Source: Eledone cirrhosa (taxonomy: Eukaryota). Taken from it: DNA of 64,000 nt. Positions 1 through 9,269 of the stretch are shown one piece after another; the stretch's first letter is position 1, and the number at the start of each line of letters is the position of its first letter. The translations under genes were made by a program, and so were the position numbers. The notes under the pieces were generated by a model. That model was not told the DNA's origin, ran no database searches, and worked only from the letters and a program-made list of their open reading frames with translations. The DNA lies in assembly GCA_964016885.1 (NCBI GenBank), contig OZ024742.1, positions 168,330,001 through 168,394,000 of the forward strand, in the 5' to 3' direction.

Positions 1-919
1 AAAAATCAATTTAAAAAAATCCATTAAAAATCCATTAAAAAAATCCATTTAAAAAAATCCTTTAAAAACCCATTAAAAACCCATTAAAAATCCATTAAAA
101 ATCCATTTAAAAAACCCATTAAAAAAAATCCATTAAAAAAAATCCATTTAAAAAATCCATTTAAAAAAATCCATTAAAAAAACCCATTAAAAAAATCCAT
201 TAAAAAAATCCATTTAAAAAATCCATTAAAAAAAATTCATTAAAAAAAAATCCATAAAAAAATCCATTAAAAAAATCCATTTAAAAAAATCCATTAAAAA
301 AAATCCATTAAAAATCCATTAAAAAAATCCATTAAAAAAAATCCATTAAAAAATCCATTAAAAAACCCATTAAAAATCCATTAAAAATCCATTAAAAATC
401 CATTAAAAATCCATTTAAAAAACCCATTAAAAAAATCCATTTAAAAAACCCATTAAAAAAAGCCATTAAAAAATCCATTTAAAAAATCCATTAAAAAAAA
501 TCCATTTAAAACAACCCATTAAAAAAATCCATTAAAAAAAACCCATTAAAAAAAATCCATTAAAAAAATCCATTTAAAAAATCCATTAAAAAAAATCCAT
601 TAAAAAAAATCCATAAAAAAATCCATTAAAAAAATCCATTAAAAATCCATTAAAAAAAATCCATTTAAAAAAGCCATTAAAAAATCCATTAAAAATCCAT
701 TAAAAATCCATTTAAAAAACCCATTAAAAAATCCATTAAAAAAATCCATTTAAAAAATCCATTAAAAAAAATCCATTTAAAAAAACTCATTTAAAAAAAT
801 CCATTAAAAAAATCCATTTAAAAAATCCATTAAAAAAAATCCATTAAAAAAATCCATTAAAAAAATCCATTAAAAAAAATCCATTAAAAAAAAATCCGTT
901 AAAAAAAATCCATTAAAAA

Positions 920-1117
920 CTCAATCAAAAACCCAATTAAAAGGCCATAAAAGAAACATTAAAACAGCATTTAAAATACCATTAAAAACGCCATAAAAAA
1001 TCATTAAAATTGTTTTTTATGAAATTTATAATATGGCTTTTAATGAATTTTTTAATGGGCTTTTAGAATCATTAAAATCCCATTAAAAATACATTAAAGG
1101 CCCATTAAAAACGCCAT
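920..1117. repeat. ~198-bp cassette copy 1 (T type) with inverted island 1011-1066
   Basis: CTCAATCAAAAACCCAATTAAAAGGCCAT...AATCATTAAAAT-TGTTTTTTATGAAATTTATAATATGGCTTTTAATGAATTTTTTAATGGGCTTTTAG-AATCATTAAAAT-CCCATT...CGCCAT. Confidence 0.95.
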
Positions 1118-1151
1118 AAAAAATCCATTAAAAAAATCCATTAAAAAAAAA

Positions 1152-1192
1152 CTCAATCAAAAACACATAAAAGAAACATTAAAACAGCATTT
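1152..1192. repeat. Example of the ~41-bp interspersed module CTCAATCAAAAAC(C/A)CATAAAAGAAACATTAAAACAGCATTT (dozens of copies)
   Basis: The same string recurs near 1926, 2645, 2803, 3634, 3957, 4444, 4618 and throughout the window. It is a shortened relative of the cassette left arm. Confidence 0.9.
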
Positions 1193-2411
1193 AAAAATCC
1201 ATTAAAAATCCATTAAAAAAAAATCCATTAAAAAAATCCATTAAAAATCCATTAAAAAAATCCATTTAAAAAAATCCATTAAAAAATCCATTAAAAACCC
1301 ATTAAAAATCCATTAAAAATCCATTAAAAATCCATTAAAAAATCCATTTAAAAAACCCATTAAAAAAATCCATTAAAAAATCCATTTAAAAATCCATTAA
1401 AAAAAATCCATTTAAAAAAACCCATTAAAAAAAATCCATTAAAAAAATCCATTTAAAAAATCCATAAAAAAAAATCCATAAAAAAAATCCATTAAAAAAA
1501 ATCCATTAAAAAAAAAATCCGTTAAAAAAAATCCATTAAAAATCCATTAAAAATCCATTAAAAATCCATTAAAAATCCATTAAAAATCCATTAAAAATCC
1601 ATTTAAAAAAATCCATTAAAAAAATCCATTAAAAAAATCCATTTAAAAAATCCATTAAAAAAAATCCATTAAAAAAAAATCCATTAAAAAAAATCCATAA
1701 AAAAAAATCAATTTAAAAAAATCCATTAAAAATCCATTAAAAAAATCCATTAAAAAAAATCCATTAAAAACCCATTAAAAATCCATTAAAAATCCATTAA
1801 AAAATCCATTTAAAAAAACCATTAAAAAAAATCCATTAAAAAAATCCATTTAAAAAATCCATTAAAAAAAATCCATTAAAAAAATCCATTTAAAAAATCC
1901 ATTAAAAAAAATCCATTAAAAAAAACTCAATCAAAAACCCATAAAAGAAACATTAAAACAGCATTTAAAAAATCCATTAAAAATCCATTAAAAGAATCCA
2001 TTTAAAAAATCCATTAAAAAATCCATTAAAAATCCATTAAAAATCCATTAAAAAATCCATTTAAAAAAATCCATTAAAAAAATCCTTTAAAAAATCCATT
2101 AAAAAATCCATTTAAAAAATCCATTAAAAAAAATCCATTAAAAAAAACCATTAAAAAATCCATTAAAAAAATCCCATTAAAAATACATTAAAAATCCATT
2201 AAAAATCCATTAAAAAATCCATTAAAAATCCATTAAAAATCCATTAAAAATCCATTAAAAAATCCATTAAAAAAAATCCATTAAAAAAATCCATTAAAAA
2301 ATCCATTTAAAAAATCCATTTAAAAAAATCCATTAAAAAAAATCCATTAAAAAAAATCCATTAAAAAAAATCCATTAAAAAAAAAATCCGTTAAAAAAAA
2401 TCCATTAAAAA

Positions 2412-2609
2412 CTCAATCAAACACCCAATTAAAAGGCCATAAAAGAAACATTAAAACAGCATTTAAAATACCATTAAAAACGCCATAAAAAATCATTAAA
2501 ATTGTTTTTTATGAAATTTATAATATGGCTTTTAATGAACTTTTTAATGGGCTTTTAGAATCATTAAAATCCCATTAAAAATACATTAAAGGCCCATTAA
2601 AAACGCCAT
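2412..2609. repeat. Cassette copy 2 (C type)
   Basis: Island starts at 2503. It carries AAACACCCAATT and TGAACTTTTT. Confidence 0.95.
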
Positions 2610-4282
2610 AAAAAATCCATTAAAAAAAATCCATTAAAAAAAAATTCAATCAAAAACCCATAAAAGAAACATTAAAACAGCATTTAAAAAACCCATTAAA
2701 AATTCATTAAAAAAATCCATTTAAAAAATCCATTAAAAATCCATTAAAAATCCATTAAAAATCCATTAAAAATCCATTAAAAATAATCCATTAAAAAAAA
2801 ATTCAATCAAAAACCCATAAAAGAAACATTAAAACAGCATTTAAAAAATCCATTAAAAAAATCCATTTAAAAAAATCCATTAAAAAAGCCATTAAAAATC
2901 CATTAAAAATCCATTAAAAAAATCCATTAAAAAAAAATCCATTAAAAAAAATCCATTAAAAAAATCCATTTAAAAAAATCCATTAAAAATCCATTAAAAA
3001 CCCATTAAAAATCCATTAAAAATCCATTAAAAATCCATTAAAAAATCCATTTAAAAAACCCATTAAAAAAATCCATTTAAAAATCCAGTAAAAAAAATCC
3101 ATTTAAAAAAACCCATTAAAAAAAATCCATTAAAAAAATCCATTTAAAAAATCCATAAAAAAAAATCCATAAAAAAAATCCATTAAAAAAAATCCATTAA
3201 AAAAAAAATCCGTTAAAAAAAATCCATTAAAAATCCATTAAAAATCCATTAAAAATCCATTAAAAATCCATTAAAAATCCATTTAAAAAAATCCATTAAA
3301 AAAATCCATTAAAAAAATCCATTTAAAAAATCCATTAAAAAAAATCCATAAAAAAAAAATCCATTAAAAAAAATCCATTAAAAAAAATCAATTTAAAAAA
3401 ATCCATTAAAAATCCATTAAAAAAATCCATTTAAAAAAATCCATTAAAAACCCATTAAAAATCCATTAAAAATCCATTAAAAAATCCATTTAAAAAAACC
3501 ATTAAAAAAAATCCATTAAAAAAATCCATTTAAAAAATCCATTAAAAAAAAATCCATTAAAAAAAACCCATTAAAAAAAATCCATTAAAAAAATCCATTT
3601 AAAAAATCCATTAAAAAAAATCCATTAAAAAAAACTCAATCAAAAACCCATAAAAGAAACATTAAAACAGCATTTAAAAAATCCATTAAAAATCCATTAA
3701 AAAAATCCATTTAAAAAATCCATTAAAAAATCCATTAAAAATCCATTAAAAATCCATTAAAAAATCCATTTAAAAAAATCCATTAAAAAAATCCATTTAA
3801 AAAATCCATTAAAAAATCCATTTAAAAAATCCATTAAAAAAAATCCATTAAAAAAAACCATTAAAAAATCCATTAAAAAAAATCCCATTAAAAATACATT
3901 AAAGGCCCATTAAAAACGCCATAAAAAATCCATTAAAAAAATCCATTAAAAAAAAACTCAATCAAAAACCCATAAAAGAAACATTAAAACAGCATTTAAA
4001 AAATCCATTAAAAAAATCCATTAAAAAAAATCCATTAAAAAATCCATTAAAAATCCATTAAAAATCCATTAAAAATCCATTAAAAATCCATTAAAAAATC
4101 CATTAAAAATCCATTAAAAATCCATTAAAAAATCCATTTAAAAAAATCCATTAAAAAAATCCATTAAAAAATCCATTTAAAAAATCCATTTAAAAAAATC
4201 CATTAAAAAAAATCCATTAAAAAAAAATCCATTAAAAAAAATCCATTAAAAAAAAAATCCGTTAAAAAAAATCCATTAAAAA

Positions 4283-4411
4283 CTCAATCAAACACCCAAT
4301 TAAAAGGCCATAAAAGAAACATTAAAACAGCATTTAAAATACCATTAAAAACGCCATAAAAATCATTAAAATCCAATTAAAGATACATTAAAGGCCCATT
4401 AAAAACGCCAT
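4283..4411. repeat. Island-less cassette allele (also at 17694, 27588, 48731, 61816)
   Basis: The full left arm is joined through one AATCATTAAAAT directly to CCAATTAAAGATACATTAAAGGCCC. Confidence 0.9.
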
Positions 4412-4543
4412 AAAAAATCCATTAAAAATATCCATTAAAAAAACTCAATCAAAAACCCATAAAAGAAACATTAAAACAGCATTTAAAAAATCCATTAAAA
4501 AAAATCCATTAAAAAAAACCATTAAAAAATCCATTAAAAAAAA

Positions 4544-5193
4544 TCCCATTAAAAATACATTAAAGGCCCATTAAAAACGCCATAAAAAATCCATTAAAAA
4601 AATCCATTAAAAAAAAACTCAATCAAAAACCCATAAAAGAAACATTAAAACAGCATTTAAAAAACCCATTAAAAATTCATTAAAAAAAATCCATTTAAAA
4701 AATCCATTAAAAAATACATTAAAAATCCATTAAAAATCCATTAAAAATCCATTAAAAAATCCAATTAAAAAAATCCATTAAAAAAATCCATTAAAAAATC
4801 CATTTAAAAAATCCATTAAAAAAAATCCATTAAAAAAAATCCATTAAAAAAAAATCCATTAAAAAAAATCCCATTAAAAATACATTAAAGGCCCATTAAA
4901 AACGCCATAAAAAATCCATTAAAAAAATCCATTAAAAAAAAACTCAATCAAAAACCCATAAAAGAAACATTAAAACAGCATTTAAAAAACCCATTAAAAA
5001 TTCATTAAAAAAAATCCATTTAAAAAATCCATTAAAAAATACATTAAAAATCCATTAAAAATCCATTAAAAATCCATTAAAAAATCCAATTAAAAAAATC
5101 CATTAAAAAAATCCATTAAAAAATCCATTTAAAAAATCCATTAAAAAAAATCCATTAAAAAAAATCCATTAAAAAAAAATCCATTAAAAAAAA
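4544..5193. repeat. Local tandem duplication of ~325 bp
   Basis: TCCCATTAAAAATACATTAAAGGCCC starts at 4544 and 4869, each followed by the same variant series (ATTCATT, ATACATT, ATCCAATT). The paralogous region near 48990-49320 has a single copy. Confidence 0.85.
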
Positions 5194-5234
5194 TCCATTA
5201 AAAAAAAAATCCGTTAAAAAAAATCCATTAAAAA

Positions 5235-5432
5235 CTCAATCAAAAACCCAATTAAAAGGCCATAAAAGAAACATTAAAACAGCATTTAAAATACCATTAA
5301 AAACGCCATAAAAAATCATTAAAATTGTTTTTTATGAAATTTATAATATGGCTTTTAATGAACTTTTTAATGGGCTTTTAGAATCATTAAAATCCCATTA
5401 AAAATACATTAAAGGCCCATTAAAAACGCCAT
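5235..5432. repeat. Cassette copy 3 (recombinant: T-type left arm, C-type island)
   Basis: Island starts at 5326. AAAAACCCAATT is combined with TGAACTTTTT. Confidence 0.93.
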
Positions 5433-5806
5433 AAAAAATCCATTAAAAAAAATCCATTAAAAAAAATTCAATCAAAAACCCATAAAAGAAACATTAAAAC
5501 AGCATTTAAAAAACCCATTAAAAATTCATTAAAAAAATCCATTTAAAAAATCCATTAAAAATCCATTAAAAATCCATTAAAAATCCATTAAAAATATATT
5601 AAAAATCCATTAAAAAAAATCCATTAAAAAAATCCATTTAAAAAAATCCATTAAAAAAAAATCCATTTAAAAAACCCATTAAAAAAAATCCATTAAAAAA
5701 ATCCATTTAAAAAATCCATTAAAAAAAAATCCATTTAAAAAACCCATTAAAAAAAATCCATTAAAAAAATCCATTTAAAAAATCCATTAAAAAAAATCCA
5801 TTAAAA

Positions 5807-5891
5807 GCTCAATCAAAAACCCATTAAAAACGCCATAAAAAATCATTAAAATCCCATTAAAAATACATTAAAGGCCCATTAAAAACGCCAT
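5807..5891. repeat. Precise empty-site allele of the island (also near 49929-50013)
   Basis: CGCCATAAAA-AATCATTAAAAT-CCCATTAAAAATACATTAAAGGCCC has a single 12-mer at 5841-5852, and both flanks are identical to those of filled cassettes. Confidence 0.9.
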
Positions 5892-6669
5892 AAAAAATCC
5901 ATTGAAAAAATCCATTAAAAAAACTCAATCAAAAACCCATAAAAGAAACATTAAAACAGCATTTAAAAATCCATTAAAAATCCATTAAAAATCCATTAAA
6001 AATCCATTAAAAATTCATTAAAAAATCCATTTAAAAAACCCATTAAAAAAACCATTTAAAAAATCCATTAAAAAAAATCCATTTAAAAAAACCCATTAAA
6101 AAAAATCCATTAAAAATCCATTAAAAAAAATCCATTTAAAAATCCATTAAAAATCCATTAAAAATCCATTAAAAATCCATTAAAAATCCATTAAAAAATC
6201 CATTTAAAAAACCCATTAAAAAAAGCCATTAAAAAATCCATTTAAAAAATCAATTAAAAAAAATCCATTTAAAACAACCCATTAAAAAAAATCCATCAAA
6301 AAAAACCCATTAAAAAAAATCCATTAAAAAAATCCATTTAAAAAATCCATTAAAAAAAATCCATTAAAAAAATCCATTAAAAAAATCCATTAAAAATCCA
6401 TTAAAAAAATCCATTTAAAAAAGCCATTAAAAAATCCATTAAAAATCCATTAAAAATCCATTTAAAAAACCCATAAAAAAATCCATTAAAAAAATCCATT
6501 TAAAAAATCCATTAAAAAAAATCCATTTAAAAAAACCCATTAAAAAAAATCCATTAAAAAAATCCATTTAAAAAATCCATTAAAAAAAATCCATTAAAAA
6601 AATCCATAAAAAAAATCCATTAAAAAAAATCCATTAAAAAAAAATCCGTTAAAAAAAATCCATTAAAAA

Positions 6670-6867
6670 CTCAATCAAAAACCCAATAAAAAGGCCATAA
6701 AAGAAACATTAAAACAGCATTTAAAATACCATTAAAAACGCCATAAAAAATCATTAAAATTGTTTTTTATGAAATTTATAATATGGCTTTTAATGAATTT
6801 TTTAATGGGCTTTTAGAATCATTAAAATCCCATTAAAAATACATTAAAGGCCCATTAAAAACGCCAT
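6670..6867. repeat. Cassette copy 4 (T type, CCCAATAAAAAGG variant)
   Basis: Island starts at 6761. Confidence 0.95.
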
Positions 6868-8350
6868 AAAAAATCCATTAAAAAAATCCATTAAAAAAAA
6901 ACTCAATCAAAAACCCATAAAAGAAACATTAAAACAGCATTTAAAAAATCCATTAAAAATCCATTAAAAAAAAATCCATTAAAAAAATCCATTAAAAATC
7001 CATTAAAAAAATCCATTTAAAAAAATCCATTAAAAATCCATTAAAAACCCATTAAAAATCCATTAAAAATCCATTAAAAATCCATTAAAAAATCCATTTA
7101 AAAAACCCATTAAAAAAATCCATTAAAAAATCCATTTAAAAATCCAGTAAAAAAAATCCATTTAAAAAAACCCATTTAAAAAAATCCATTAAAAAAATCC
7201 ATTTAAAAAATCCATAAAAAAAAATCCATAAAAAAATCCATTAAAAAAAATCCATTAAAAAAAAAATCCGTTAAAAAAAATCCATTAAAAATCCATTAAA
7301 AATCCATTAAAAATCCATTAAAAATCCATTTAAAAAAATCCATTAAAAAAATCCATTAAAAAAATCCATTTAAAAAATCCATTAAAAAAAATCCATTAAA
7401 AAAAAATCCATTAAAAAAAATCCATTAAAAAAAATCAATTTAAAAAATCCATTAAAAATCCATTAAAAAAATCCATTCAAAAAAATCCATTAAAAACACA
7501 TTAAAAATCCATTAAAAATCCATTAAAAAATCCATTTAAAAAAACCATAAAAAAAAATCCATTAAAAAAATCCATTTAAAAAATCCATTAAAAAAAAATC
7601 CATTAAAAAAAACCCATTAAAAAAAATCCATTAAAAAAATCCATTTAAAAAATCCATTAAAAAAAATCCATTAAAAAAAACTCAATCAAAAACCCATAAA
7701 AGAAACATTAAAACAACATTTAAAAAATCCATTAAAAATCCATTAAAAAAATCCATTTAAAAAATCCATTAAAAAATCCATTAAAAATCCATTAAAAATC
7801 CATTAAAAAATCCATTTAAAAAAATACATTAAAAAAATCCATTTAAAAAATCCATTAAAAAATCCATTTAAAAAATCCATTAAAAAAAATCCATTAAAAA
7901 AAACCATTAAAAAATCCATTAAAAAAAATCCCATTAAAAATACATTAAAGGCCCATTAAAAACGCCATAAAAAATCCATTAAAAAAATCCATTAAAAAAA
8001 AACTCAATCAAAAACCCATAAAAGAAACATTAAAACAGCATTTAAAAAATCCATTAAAAAAATCCATTTAAAAAAATCCATTAAAAAATCCATTAAAAAT
8101 CCATTAAAAATCCATTAAAAATCCATTAAAAATCCATTAAAAATCCATTAAAAAATCCATTAAAAATCCATTAAAAATCCATTAAAAATCCATTAAAAAA
8201 TCCATTTAAAAAAATCCATTAAAAAAATCCATTAAAAAATCCATTTAAAAAATCCATTTAAAAAAATCCATTAAAAAAAATCCATTAAAAAAAAATCCAT
8301 TAAAAAAAATCCATTAAAAAAAAAATCCGTTAAAAAAAATCCATTAAAAA

Positions 8351-8535
8351 CTCAATCAAACACCCAATTAAAAGGCCATAAAAGAAACATTAAAACAGCA
8401 TTTAAAATACCATTAAAAACGCCATAAAAAATCATTAAAATTGTTTTTTATGAAATTTATAATATGGCTTTTAATGAACTTTTTAATGGGCTTTTAGAAT
8501 CATTAAAATCCCATTAAAAATACATTAAAGGCCAT
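8351..8535. repeat. Cassette copy 5 (C type, 13-bp shorter right arm)
   Basis: Island starts at 8442. The right arm reads TACATTAAAGGCCATAAAAAA. Confidence 0.95.
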
Positions 8536-9191
8536 AAAAAATCCATTAAAAAAAATCCATTAAAAAAAAATTCAATCAAAAACCCATAAAAGAAACATTA
8601 AAACAGCATTTAAAAAACCCATTAAAAATTCATTAAAAAAATCCATTTAAAAAATCCATTAAAAATCCATTAAAAATCCATTAAAAATCCATTAAAAATC
8701 CATTAAAAATAATCCATTAAAAAAAATTCAATCAAAAACCCATAAAAGAAACATTAAAACAGCATTTAAAAAATCCATTAAAAAAAATCCATTTAAAAAA
8801 ATCCATTAAAAAAGCCATTAAAAATCCATTAAAAATCCATTAAAAAAAAATCCATTAAAAAAAATCCATTAAAAATCCATTAAAAAAATCCATTTAAAAA
8901 AATCCATTAAAAAATCCATTAAAAATCCATTAAAAATCAATTAAAAAATCCATTTAAAAAACCCATTAAAAAAATCCATTTAAAAAATCCATTTAAAAAA
9001 TCCATTAAAAAAAATCCATTTAAAAAAACCCATTAAAAAAAATCCATTAAGAAAATCCATTTAAAAAATCCATTAAAAAAAATCCATTAAAAAAAATCCA
9101 TAAAAAAAAATCCATTAAAAAAAATCCATTAAAAAAAAATCCGTTAAAAAAAATCCATTAAAAAAAAATCCGTTAAAAAAATCCATTAAAA

Positions 9192-9269
9192 GCTCAATCC
9201 CATTAAAAACGCCATAAAAATCATTAAAATCCAATTAAAGATACATTAAAGGCCCATTAAAAACGCCAT
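9192..9269. repeat. Short island-less cassette allele GCTCAATCCCATT... (also at 12285, 23274, 35736, 40350, 43326, 53303, 56396)
   Basis: GCTCAATCCCATTAAAAACGCCATAAAAATCATTAAAATCCAATTAAAGATACATTAAAGGCCC, preceded by two TCCGTT monomers. Confidence 0.9.

Noticed and set aside
1010-1032. Sigma70-like promoter (TTGTTT...TATAAT) or TATA box in the island
   Set aside because: The spacer is only 11 bp, nothing lies downstream to transcribe, and such motifs are expected by chance in AT-rich DNA.
1012-1066. GT...TTTTAG mini-intron in the island
   Set aside because: The donor context is poor and there are no exons. Splicing would leave both 12-bp repeats, unlike the empty alleles, and copy 16 lacks the G.
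1033-1105. Rho-independent terminator or pre-miRNA call
   Set aside because: The stem is AT-rich and made of satellite monomers, with no upstream gene or expression evidence. It is reported only as a potential hairpin.
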